In this document: positions 26,918-35,776 of the stretch, piece by piece
Position numbering within the stretch: position 1 is the first letter of the stretch
How the letters are laid out: each line of letters opens with the position of its first letter
Source of the DNA: Bacteroidota bacterium
GTDB taxonomy: Bacteria > Bacteroidota > Bacteroidia > Flavobacteriales > Flavobacteriaceae
Assembly: GCA_039804445.1 (NCBI GenBank)
Contig: JBDLWE010000022.1
Location: 1-47,769 of the forward strand
Direction of reading: 5' to 3'
Length of the DNA: 47,769 nt
Notes under the pieces: model-generated
The model's input: the letters and a program-made list of their open reading frames with translations, nothing else
Database searches by the model: none
What the model was told of the DNA's origin: nothing
Made by a program: the position numbers and the translations under genes

Positions 26918-28156
26918 ATGTCGACATTACTGTTACCACCCGAGCATCGATATGCTTCAATAATGAAAGAACGCCTTAACGAAGACGGAAGCGAACTTTC
27001 GATTTTGAATTTAGGACCTACTCATCCGGCCACGCACGGTATTTTTCAAAATATCTTGCTCATGGATGGCGAGCGCATTCTCGAAGCAGAACCAACAATT
27101 GGCTACATACATCGTGCCTTTGAAAAAATTGCCGAAAACAGACCGTTTTATCAAATAACGCCGCTTACCGATAGAATGAACTATTGCTCATCGCCCATAA
27201 ACAATATGGGTTGGTGGATGACTTTAGAAAAATTACTAGATATCGAAGTCCCAAAACGTGCCCAATATCTACGAGTAATTGTTATGGAATTGGCAAGAAT
27301 CACAGACCACATAATCTGTAACTCAATTCTTGGTGTAGACACAGGTGCTTATACTGGATTTTTATATGTGTTTCAGTTTAGAGAAAAAGTTTACGAAATC
27401 TACGAAGAAATTTGTGGCGCACGACTTACGACCAACATGGGTAGAATTGGCGGTTTCGAGCGCGATTGGTCTCCAGAAGCATTTAGATTACTCAATGTTT
27501 TTTTAGAAGAATTTCCTGTTGCCTGGAAAGAATTTGAAAATCTATTCGAAAGAAACAGAATTTTTATTGATAGAACCGTAAACGTTGGTCCAATAACAGC
27601 CGAAATGGCAATGAATTATGGTTTTACCGGACCAAACCTTCGCGCAGCAGGCGTTGACTATGACGTTCGTAAGGCGCAACCATATTCGTCGTACGAAGAT
27701 TTTGAATTTAGTATTCCCGTAGGAAAATCAGGCGATACCTATGACAGGTTTTGCGTTCGCAATGCAGAAGTGTGGGAATCCATTAGCATCATCAAACAAG
27801 CATTAGCCAAAATGCCCGAAGGAAATGATTTTCACGCTGACGTTCCTGACTACTATCTGCCACCAAAAGAAGACGTTTACACCTCGATGGAATCATTGAT
27901 ATACCATTTTAAAATTGTGATGGGCGAAGTGCCTGTGCCAGTTGCAGAGATTTATCATCCCGTAGAAGGTGGCAACGGCGAACTAGGTTTTTATTTGGTT
28001 ACCGATGGTAGCAGAACGCCATACAGATTGCATTTCCGCAGACCGTGTTTTATATATTATCAAGCCTATCCAGAAATGATAAAAGGAGCGTTATTGTCAG
28101 ATGCGATAGTGATTTTGTCAAGTATGAACGTTATTGCAGGGGAATTAGACGCCTAA
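26918..28156 (+). CDS. nuoD: NADH-quinone oxidoreductase subunit D
   Basis: NLGPTHPATHG, GYIHRAFEK, GELGFY, GELD end. Confidence 0.97.
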   Translation: MSTLLLPPEHRYASIMKERLNEDGSELSILNLGPTHPATHGIFQNILLMDGERILEAEPTIGYIHRAFEKIAENRPFYQITPLTDRMNYCSSPINNMGWWMTLEKLLDIEVPKRAQYLRVIVMELARITDHIICNSILGVDTGAYTGFLYVFQFREKVYEIYEEICGARLTTNMGRIGGFERDWSPEAFRLLNVFLEEFPVAWKEFENLFERNRIFIDRTVNVGPITAEMAMNYGFTGPNLRAAGVDYDVRKAQPYSSYEDFEFSIPVGKSGDTYDRFCVRNAEVWESISIIKQALAKMPEGNDFHADVPDYYLPPKEDVYTSMESLIYHFKIVMGEVPVPVAEIYHPVEGGNGELGFYLVTDGSRTPYRLHFRRPCFIYYQAYPEMIKGALLSDAIVILSSMNVIAGELDA

Positions 28157-28159
28157 AAA

Positions 28160-28201
28160 ATTTCAAATTTTAGATTAACGATTTTTGAATTAAGATTTTA
28201 T
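28160..28201. repeat. Six degenerate 7-nt units between nuoD and nuoE
   Basis: atttcaa attttag attaacg atttttg aattaag attttat. Confidence 0.55.
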
Positions 28202-28730
28202 GTTGAAAACAAATCAAAAACAAGAAATAAACATCACACCAGAATTAATGATTCGCATTAACGAGTTATTAAGTCACTATCCTGCCGATAAAAGCAAATC
28301 GGCACTGTTGCCAATTTTGCATGAGGTTCAAGACGCGCATGACAATTGGTTAAGTATTGAGTTACAAGACAAAGTTGCCGAAATTCTGAACATTCAACCC
28401 ATTGAAGTCTACGAAGTCGTAACTTTTTATACCATGTACAACACGCGTCCGATTGGCAAGTATATGTTTGAGTTTTGTCAAACATCACCTTGTTGCCTCA
28501 GTGGTGTCGAGAATTTAATGGATTATACCTGCAACAAACTTGGCGTAAAAGTAGGCGAACCAACATCAGACGGAATGTTTGAAGTACGCGGTGTAGAATG
28601 TCTTGGTGCTTGCGGCTATGCACCAATGATGCAACTTGGCGATTTCTATCAAGAACACTTGACCGAAGAAAAAATCGATCAATTGATAGTGGATTGCAGA
28701 GATAACAAAATTGTAATGCACGATAAATAA
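28200..28730 (+). CDS. nuoE: NADH-quinone oxidoreductase subunit E
   Basis: VTFYTMY, CQTSPC, ECLGACGYAP 2Fe-2S ligands. Confidence 0.96.
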   Translation: MLKTNQKQEINITPELMIRINELLSHYPADKSKSALLPILHEVQDAHDNWLSIELQDKVAEILNIQPIEVYEVVTFYTMYNTRPIGKYMFEFCQTSPCCLSGVENLMDYTCNKLGVKVGEPTSDGMFEVRGVECLGACGYAPMMQLGDFYQEHLTEEKIDQLIVDCRDNKIVMHDK

Positions 28731-28999
28731 TGAATAGCGAAATTCCAAAAATCAAAAACGCGGTGGCATTATCAGGTTACAAATTGCACCTAAGCTTCCA
28801 GGACGGTGTCGATGGCATTGTTGATTTAAGCGAATTTGTTGGTCGTGGTGTTTTTGAATACTGGAATGATGAAGAGAATTTTAAGAAATTTGAAATTATA
28901 TGGAATGCAATTACTTGGAATGAAATAATTGATATTGATGCAGATTCGTTTTACCTGCAGATAATTGATAAAACTTATTTTGAATATGCCAGAAATTAG
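28730..28999 (+). CDS. DUF2442 domain protein (putative antitoxin)
   Basis: YKLHLSFQDG..G.VDL, ITWNEIIDID.D..Y; ATG overlaps the nuoE TAA. Confidence 0.8.
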   Translation: MNSEIPKIKNAVALSGYKLHLSFQDGVDGIVDLSEFVGRGVFEYWNDEENFKKFEIIWNAITWNEIIDIDADSFYLQIIDKTYFEYARN

Positions 29000-29252
29000 T
29001 AGATTTTACGGTATAATTATATACATGTATATAAATGACCACAATCCGCCACATTTTCATGCACGTTATAATGAAAATGAGGCAACGTTTTCTATAACTG
29101 ATTTTGCATTGATTAAAGGTAAATTACCACCAAAAGCTCTTGGATTAGTCGTTGAATGGGCATCATTGCACAATATTGAACTTTTAGAAAACTGGAAAAA
29201 TCTTGTCGAAAATGATTCAAAATCATTTAACAAAATAGAGCCATTAAATTAA
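28986..29252 (+). CDS. DUF4160 domain protein (putative toxin)
   Basis: MPEISRFYGIIIYMY..DHNPPHFHA.Y, LVVEWA..H..ELLENW, IEPL end; true ATG at 28986. Confidence 0.85.
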   Translation: MPEISRFYGIIIYMYINDHNPPHFHARYNENEATFSITDFALIKGKLPPKALGLVVEWASLHNIELLENWKNLVENDSKSFNKIEPLN

Positions 29253-29261
29253 TATAGACTT

Positions 29262-30629
29262 ATGTCACAAAAAATATTATTAGACAAAATAAACGTTCCA
29301 GGAATCAAATCCTACGAGGTTTATCGCCAAAACGGAGGTTATGCCTCTGTAGAAAAAGCATTAAAAACCCTAACCCCAGACGAAGTTGTCGAAGAGGTAA
29401 AAACTTCTGGACTTCGTGGTCGCGGTGGGGCAGGCTTTCCCGCAGGAATGAAGTGGAGCTTTATTGACAAAAAATCAGGTAAACCAAGGCATTTAGTGTG
29501 TAATGCTGATGAGTCTGAGCCAGGAACTTTCAAAGATCGTTTCTTGATGGAGTACATTCCACACCTTTTGATCGAAGGAATGATAACTTCAAGCTACGCA
29601 CTTGGCGCAAACTTGTCCTACATATATATTCGTGGCGAATATATGTGGGTTTACAAAATTCTAGAACGTGCCATTACCGAAGCAAAAGCAGCAGGTTGGT
29701 TAGGAAAAAACATTCTTGGAACAGGCTATGATTTAGAATTATACGTTCAAATTGGTGCTGGAGCCTACATTTGTGGCGAAGAAACAGCCCTTATAGAATC
29801 GCTTGAAGGTAATCGCGGAAACCCACGTATCAAACCGCCATTTCCGGCCGTATCAGGACTTTGGAGCAATCCAACGGTTGTAAATAATGTCGAAACTATT
29901 GCGGCTGTGCCATGGATTGTAAACAATTCTGGTGCAGATTATGCCAAAATAGGCATTGGTCGCTCAACAGGCACAAAACTAATTTCGGCATCTGGTCACG
30001 TTAAAAACCCAGGTGTTTATGAAATCGAACTTGGGTTATCTGTTTACGAATTTATGAATTCCGACGAATACCTTGGCGGAATGTCGTCTGACAGACCACT
30101 AAAAGCATTTGTGCCGGGCGGAAGTTCTGTGCCAGTTTTGCCAGCAAACTTAATCTATAAAACCGCAGCAGGCGAAGACCGTTTAATGACTTACGAAAGC
30201 CTTTCAGATGGTGGATTTGCAACAGGATCGATGCTGGGTTCAGGCGGATTTATTGTCTATAACGATACTGCTTGTATCGTTAGAAATACCTGGAATTTTG
30301 CACGGTTTTATCACCATGAATCTTGCGGACAATGTTCGCCTTGTAGAGAGGGAACGGGTTGGTTAGAAAAAGTTTTAGGCAGAATAGAGCATGGTCAAGG
30401 TCGTGAAGAAGATATAGATTTGCTGTGGAGCATTCAATCAAAAATAGAAGGAAACACCATTTGCCCATTGGGCGATGCAGCATCTTGGCCCGTGGCTGCA
30501 GCCATCCGACATTTTAGAGACGAGTTTGAGTACCACATTCGTTTTCCTGAAAAAATCAGAAATAGAGAGCATTTTGTGGCAGAGCCTTTTGAAAAAGTAA
30601 AGCATTTGGTTGGGGGAATTTTAGTTTAA
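29262..30629 (+). CDS. nuoF: NADH-quinone oxidoreductase subunit F
   Basis: GLRGRGGAGFP, NADESEPGTFKD, GAGAYICGEETAL, ESCGQCSPCREG. Confidence 0.97.
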   Translation: MSQKILLDKINVPGIKSYEVYRQNGGYASVEKALKTLTPDEVVEEVKTSGLRGRGGAGFPAGMKWSFIDKKSGKPRHLVCNADESEPGTFKDRFLMEYIPHLLIEGMITSSYALGANLSYIYIRGEYMWVYKILERAITEAKAAGWLGKNILGTGYDLELYVQIGAGAYICGEETALIESLEGNRGNPRIKPPFPAVSGLWSNPTVVNNVETIAAVPWIVNNSGADYAKIGIGRSTGTKLISASGHVKNPGVYEIELGLSVYEFMNSDEYLGGMSSDRPLKAFVPGGSSVPVLPANLIYKTAAGEDRLMTYESLSDGGFATGSMLGSGGFIVYNDTACIVRNTWNFARFYHHESCGQCSPCREGTGWLEKVLGRIEHGQGREEDIDLLWSIQSKIEGNTICPLGDAASWPVAAAIRHFRDEFEYHIRFPEKIRNREHFVAEPFEKVKHLVGGILV

Positions 30630-30639
30630 TCAAAATTTC

Positions 30640-30876
30640 ATACCAACAATTTTAAATTTAAACGGTTTTAGATTCTTCTTTTACAGCAACGAGCATTTGC
30701 CAAAACACGTTCATATTGAAAAAGCAGAAAACGTAGCCAAATTTAATATTGATATCGTCACGGTTGTTTATTCTTATGGATTTAGTGCATCAGAATTAAA
30801 AGAGATTAGAAAAGTTGTAGAAGCAAATAAAGAACAGTTTATAATTAAATGGGATGAATTTTTTAGTAGCAAATAA
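30640..30876 (+). pseudogene. Second DUF4160 gene with ATA in place of the start ATG (missed by the ORF track)
   Basis: ATA-PTILNLNGFRFFFYSNEHLPKHVHIEK...AKF...W.EFF; 78 sense codons, no internal stop; overlaps the next gene. Confidence 0.75.
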
Positions 30877-31090
30877 ATCTTATCTCGCATCAAAAGTTAA
30901 TTTTTTTGATGACAAGCTTATTGTTTCCCTTGAAGCTGGGCGCGAAATAGCTGTTCCGTTAGAGTGGTTTCCAAAATTGAGGTCTGCGACTAAAGAACAA
31001 CTTCAAAATTGGAAATTTATTGGTAAAGGTCACGGAATTCATTGGAATGATTTAGATGAAGATATTTCGGTAGAAAATTTATTATCTTGA
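30854..31090 (+). CDS. DUF2442 domain protein
   Basis: GREIAVPLEWFPKL..AT..QL.NW, GIHWNDLDEDISVENLL. Confidence 0.85.
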   Translation: MNFLVANKSYLASKVNFFDDKLIVSLEAGREIAVPLEWFPKLRSATKEQLQNWKFIGKGHGIHWNDLDEDISVENLLS

Positions 31091-31133
31091 TTAATGATTT
31101 TTTCATTAGTTGCTAAATATTATAATTAAAAAA

Positions 31134-32156
31134 ATGAAAGTAACAATAGACGGACAATCCATAGAAGTCGAAGCAGGAACAACTATACTGCAAGCAGCCA
31201 GAATGATAGGTGGCGAAGTCGTGCCACCAGCAATGTGCTATTACTCAAAGCTAAAAGGTAGCGGTGGCAAATGTCGTTGTTGCCTTGTCGAAGTGGCAAA
31301 AGGCTCTGAGGCCGACCCACGACCCATGCCAAAACTTATGGCGAGTTGCGTAACCGGTTGCATGGACGGCATGGAAGTAAATAGTGCAAAATCTGACCGA
31401 GTGCAAGAAGCCCGAAAATCTGTAACAGAATTTTTGCTTATCAACCATCCGCTTGATTGCCCCGTTTGTGACCAAGCCGGCGAATGCGATTTGCAAAACT
31501 TGAGCTTCAAACACGGAAAATCTGAAACTCGTTTTATTGAAGAAAAACGAACTTTTGAGCCAGAAGATATTGGCGAAAACATTCAATTGCACATGAATCG
31601 TTGCATTTTGTGCTATCGTTGCGTAATGGTGGCAGACCAATTGACAGATGGGCGAAGCCATGGTATTATGGACAGAGGCGATCATTCTAACATTTCGACC
31701 TGCATTTCAAAAGCCATCGACAACGAGTTTTCAGGCAATATGATAGATGTTTGTCCGGTTGGTGCCCTGACCGATAAAACTTTTAGATTCAAATCTAGAG
31801 TTTGGTTCAACAAACCTTACAATGCCCACCGAGATTGCGATAAGTGCTGTGGCAAAACCACCGTTTGGATGTTCGGAAACGAAATTCAGCGTGTAACTGG
31901 TCGCAAAGATGTGTATCACGAAGTAGAAGAATTTATTTGTAACGAATGCCGTTTTGACCATAAAGACCCTGCCGATTGGGTAATTGAAGGACCACGAAAG
32001 TTTGAAAAAGATTCGGTTATTAACCAAAACAACTATACTCGAAAAACCCAAAAAGTAGAAATTGCAACCGAGAAAAACATTTTATTAGGTCGCGATATTG
32101 ACCGTAAAAAAATTAGTATGGCCGAAATTCCATTAACAACCGAAGAACAACAATAA
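31134..32156 (+). CDS. nuoG: NADH-quinone oxidoreductase subunit G (short, Fe-S domain form)
   Basis: MKVTIDG start, GKCRCCLVE, NHPLDCPVCDQAGECDLQ, RCILCYRC, DVCPVGALT. Confidence 0.93.
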   Translation: MKVTIDGQSIEVEAGTTILQAARMIGGEVVPPAMCYYSKLKGSGGKCRCCLVEVAKGSEADPRPMPKLMASCVTGCMDGMEVNSAKSDRVQEARKSVTEFLLINHPLDCPVCDQAGECDLQNLSFKHGKSETRFIEEKRTFEPEDIGENIQLHMNRCILCYRCVMVADQLTDGRSHGIMDRGDHSNISTCISKAIDNEFSGNMIDVCPVGALTDKTFRFKSRVWFNKPYNAHRDCDKCCGKTTVWMFGNEIQRVTGRKDVYHEVEEFICNECRFDHKDPADWVIEGPRKFEKDSVINQNNYTRKTQKVEIATEKNILLGRDIDRKKISMAEIPLTTEEQQ

Positions 32157-33208
32157 TGGATAGTACAATAATTATAGAAAAAAGCATCATCATTTTTGCA
32201 GTTTTTGCAATAACGATGCTTATGGCAATGTACTCTACACTTGCCGAACGAAAAATAGCCGCTTGGCTACAAGACCGAATTGGTCCAAATCGCGCGGGAC
32301 CAAAAGGGCTTTTGCAACCGCTTGCCGATGGTTTAAAACTATTCTCTAAAGAAGAATTTTTTCCAAACACTCCAAACCGCATTTTGTTTATTGTTGGACC
32401 AGCAATTGCAATGAGTACCGCATTGATGACGAGTGCTGTGATTCCGTGGGGCGACAAATTTCATCTTTTTGGACGTGATATCATTTTGCAAGCAACAGAT
32501 ATTGACGTGGCACTATTATACATTTTTGGTGTAGTTTCAGTAGGCGTTTATGGCATTATGATTGGCGGTTGGGCGTCTAACAATAAATTTTCGTTGATGG
32601 GTGCCGTTCGTGCTGCATCCCAGATGGTGTCTTATGAAGTTGCAATGGGACTATCGATGATTGCACTTTTGATGATGACCGGCACTTTGAGTCTTCGAGA
32701 GATTTCTGCACAACAATCTGGAATGTCTTGGAATGTTTTTTATCAGCCCCTGTCGTTTTTGATATTTTTGATTTGTGCTTTTGCCGAAACTAATAGAACG
32801 CCTTTTGACTTGGCAGAATGCGAAACAGAACTTATTGGTGGCTATCATACCGAATATTCATCAATGAAAATGGGGTTTTACCTCTTTGCAGAATATGCAA
32901 ATATGTTCATCTCATCAACTATTTTGGCAGTTTTGTTTTTTGGAGGTTATAACTATCCCGGAATGGCATGGGCGGTAGAAAATTGGGGCATAAATATTGC
33001 AAATAGTTTGGGAATAATGGTTTTATTTGCAAAAATTTGTGGATTCATATTTTTTTATATGTGGGTACGTTGGACGATTCCCCGCTTTAGATATGACCAA
33101 TTGATGCATTTGGGTTGGAAAATATTGATTCCGCTATCGATAGCAAATATTGTTGTGACAGGAGTTGTGATTATGAGAAGTGAAATAATGACGTTTTTGG
33201 GGTTTTAA
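32156..33208 (+). CDS. nuoH: NADH-quinone oxidoreductase subunit H
   Basis: ERK..A.LQDRIGPN, AETNRTPFDLAECETEL, PRFRYDQLM. Confidence 0.97.
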   Translation: MDSTIIIEKSIIIFAVFAITMLMAMYSTLAERKIAAWLQDRIGPNRAGPKGLLQPLADGLKLFSKEEFFPNTPNRILFIVGPAIAMSTALMTSAVIPWGDKFHLFGRDIILQATDIDVALLYIFGVVSVGVYGIMIGGWASNNKFSLMGAVRAASQMVSYEVAMGLSMIALLMMTGTLSLREISAQQSGMSWNVFYQPLSFLIFLICAFAETNRTPFDLAECETELIGGYHTEYSSMKMGFYLFAEYANMFISSTILAVLFFGGYNYPGMAWAVENWGINIANSLGIMVLFAKICGFIFFYMWVRWTIPRFRYDQLMHLGWKILIPLSIANIVVTGVVIMRSEIMTFLGF

Positions 33209-33237
33209 GCAATAGTTTTCTTTGAAAATTAAGTACA

Positions 33238-33724
33238 ACGAATAACGATTTGAAGTTTAAGACGAAATGCTTGTCCGTAGAATTTTGTTAAATTGAAAAA
33301 AAGGTAATGATCGATGCAGATTTAGCTGATTTTTTTTGGTGTTTCAACAAAAAGGCTAAATGAGCAAGTCAAACGAAATAGCAATATGTTTCCTAAACAG
33401 TTTATGTTTCAACTTACAAAACCTTCAAAAGCTAAAATTTTCGTCGGCATTGCCAAATGTTTTTACAGAACACGGCGTTGCGATGTTGGGCAGTATTTTG
33501 AATTCGGAGCAAGCAATTGCTTTTAGCTTCAAAATTGTAGAAACTTTTGTAAAAATGAGAGAATTTTTGACAACCGATTTAAATTTAAAATAAGTAATAG
33601 AAAACATCAAAAAGAAAATCGGCAACCACGACAAAAACATTGAATTGGTTTTTAGTTACCTGATGAAATGATGGATAAAAAGGAAAATATTGCTGAAAGA
33701 ACAAAAATTGGGTATAAAAAATAA
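33238..33724 (+). pseudogene. Degenerate ORF6N-domain gene (frameshifts plus stops); start approximate
   Basis: Fragments KKVMIDADLA / GVSTKRLNEQVKRN...FMFQL / LPNVFTEHGVAML / NHDKNIELVFSYL / ERTKIGYKK* are colinear with the next gene. Confidence 0.8.
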
Positions 33725-34234
33725 ATGAACGAACTGATTATCCCTAACGAAATTATTGAAAACAAAATATACTTTATCAGGAATGTAAAAGTAATGTTGG
33801 ATAGCGATTTAGCTTCGTTATATGTTGTAGAAACAAGACAATTAAAAAGACAGGTTCGCAGAAATATTGAGCGGTTTCCTGAAGATTTTATGTTCGAATT
33901 GACAAGTGTTGAAAACGAAATCTTGAGATGCCAAATTGGCATCTCAAGTTGGGGAGGTAGTAGGGTTTTACCAATGGCATTTACAGAGCAAGGAGTTGCA
34001 ATGCTAACAAGTGTTTTGAATAGTAAAACAGCAATAAACGTCAATATTCAAATTATAAGGGTTTTTACAAAAATTAGGGAGGTTTTGATGGATAATATAA
34101 ACTTGAAAGTGGAAATAGAAGAAATTAAAAAGAAACTCAACAACAACGACAATAATGTGGAACTTCTTTTCAACTATCTTGACGAATTGATGGACAAAAA
34201 AGAAAATACTTCCGAAAGACCAAAAATTGGATAG
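33725..34234 (+). CDS. ORF6N domain-containing protein
   Basis: KVMLDSDLA.LY.VET, VRRNIERFPEDFMFEL, PMAFTEQGVAML..VLNS. Confidence 0.9.
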   Translation: MNELIIPNEIIENKIYFIRNVKVMLDSDLASLYVVETRQLKRQVRRNIERFPEDFMFELTSVENEILRCQIGISSWGGSRVLPMAFTEQGVAMLTSVLNSKTAINVNIQIIRVFTKIREVLMDNINLKVEIEEIKKKLNNNDNNVELLFNYLDELMDKKENTSERPKIG

Positions 34235-34268
34235 AAAAAATAGGTTAGGAACAAGTACCATGCCCTTA

Positions 34269-34352
34269 GCCCCGATTGTAGCGGCATCCTTTTGTGCCCT
34301 CGACGGCAACCCACGTGGCACAAAAGATATAGCGGAAAGCGGGATTGGCTTC
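34269..34352 (+). repeat. Structured element copy D
   Basis: GCCCCGATTGTAGCGGCATCC-TTTTGTGCC..GGCACAAAA-GATATAGCGGAAAGCGGG-ATTGGCTTC. Confidence 0.8.
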
Positions 34353-34383
34353 AAAAAAAATAGAATTTAGATAGAAAGTAGAT

Positions 34384-34929
34384 ATGAATTTAGAAACCAT
34401 TACGTTATCAGGCAGTAAAAAGCAAGTCTCTAACAAAGAGATGACTTTTTGGGAAAACATGTATTTGGTCGCCATTATCAAGGGATTGTTTATCACGATA
34501 AAGCACCTTTTTACGCGAAAAGTTACCATTCAGTATCCTGAACAGGTCAGAAAAATGAGTCCTGTTTACCGCGGGCAACACATGCTAAAGCGCGACGAAC
34601 AAGGCCGCGAGAACTGCACGGCATGTGGCTTGTGTGCGCTTTCTTGTCCTGCCGAGGCCATTACGATGAAGGCCGAAGAACGCAAATCGAACGAAAAACA
34701 CTTGTATCGCGAAGAAAAATATGCTTCAATATATGAAATCAATATGTTGCGCTGCATTTTTTGTGGGCTTTGTGAGGAGGCTTGTCCAAAAGATGCAATA
34801 TATTTGACCACATCAAAAGTGCTTGTGCCATCGAGCTATGAGCGCGAAGATTTTATTTTCGGAAAAGACAAATTGGTTATGCCGCTTGACATAGCCATGA
34901 AAAACGCACAACTTCTAAACCAAAACTAA
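34384..34929 (+). CDS. nuoI: NADH-quinone oxidoreductase subunit I
   Basis: CTACGLCALSCP and RCIFCGLCEEACP. Confidence 0.97.
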   Translation: MNLETITLSGSKKQVSNKEMTFWENMYLVAIIKGLFITIKHLFTRKVTIQYPEQVRKMSPVYRGQHMLKRDEQGRENCTACGLCALSCPAEAITMKAEERKSNEKHLYREEKYASIYEINMLRCIFCGLCEEACPKDAIYLTTSKVLVPSSYEREDFIFGKDKLVMPLDIAMKNAQLLNQN

Positions 34930-35450
34930 TGTCGGCGACTCTCTTGATTTTTTATTTTTTGGCAGGCATTACGCTCTCGACCGCTTTTTTGACCATTTAT
35001 ACTCGAAACCCCATTCATTCGGCTCTATATTTGGTGATTTGTTTTTTCTCAATTGCTGGACATTACCTGCTTTTAAATGCTCAGTTTTTGGCAATTGTAC
35101 ATATTATTGTCTATTCTGGTGCTATCATGATTTTGTTTTTGTTTACCATCATGCTCATGAATTTGAACAAAGAAGACGAAGTTCACAAACCACGACTAAC
35201 ACGATTGGCAGCACTTGTGTTCTTTTGTTTGGTTTCTGTGGCAATGATTCTTATTTTTGCAAATTCGCAACCAATTTCGTCAGATTATTCGGCGACAGGA
35301 CAAGATTTTCAATCAATAAAAGTGCTCGGAAAAGTGTTGCTTGATGGTCAAAGTGGCTATATGGTTCCGTTTGAATTTGTATCGATTTTGTTACTAGTTG
35401 CCATGATAGGAACGGTTTTATTATCTAAAAAAGAAAAACAAATCAAATAA
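34929..35450 (+). CDS. nuoJ: NADH-quinone oxidoreductase subunit J
   Basis: [30 protein letters not shown]. Confidence 0.95.
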   Translation: MSATLLIFYFLAGITLSTAFLTIYTRNPIHSALYLVICFFSIAGHYLLLNAQFLAIVHIIVYSGAIMILFLFTIMLMNLNKEDEVHKPRLTRLAALVFFCLVSVAMILIFANSQPISSDYSATGQDFQSIKVLGKVLLDGQSGYMVPFEFVSILLLVAMIGTVLLSKKEKQIK

Positions 35451-35770
35451 TGAATCATATTTTAGAACAAATCGGGATTCAAAACTACCTTTTTTTGTCG
35501 GGGCTTTTGTTTTGCATTGGCATATTTGGCGTGCTTTATCGCAGAAATGCAATTATTGTTTTTATGTCAATAGAAATTATGCTAAATGCCGTAAACCTAC
35601 TGTTTGTAGCATTTTCGTCATATCATCAGGATTCGCAAGGACAAGTTTTTGTGTTTTTTTCGATGGCCGTCGCAGCTGCCGAAGTCGCTGTTGGTTTGGC
35701 AATACTGGTGTCGGTATTCAGAAATCTTGGGTCGATTGATATCGATAATCTCAAAAAATTAAAAGGATAA
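35450..35770 (+). CDS. nuoK: NADH-quinone oxidoreductase subunit K
   Basis: [22 protein letters not shown]. Confidence 0.96.
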   Translation: MNHILEQIGIQNYLFLSGLLFCIGIFGVLYRRNAIIVFMSIEIMLNAVNLLFVAFSSYHQDSQGQVFVFFSMAVAAAEVAVGLAILVSVFRNLGSIDIDNLKKLKG

Positions 35771-35776
35771 TTGTTT

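Noticed and set aside
3703-34234. Stop-codon reassignment or programmed read-through explaining the in-frame stops
   Set aside because: Both TAA and TAG are involved, and both end normal genes here (folA, tspO and nuoC end in TAG; most others in TAA); interruptions are confined to accessory genes.
33238-34234. Prophage remnant suggested by ORF6N
   Set aside because: No integrase, structural or replication genes and no att-like repeats; both flanks are nuo genes.
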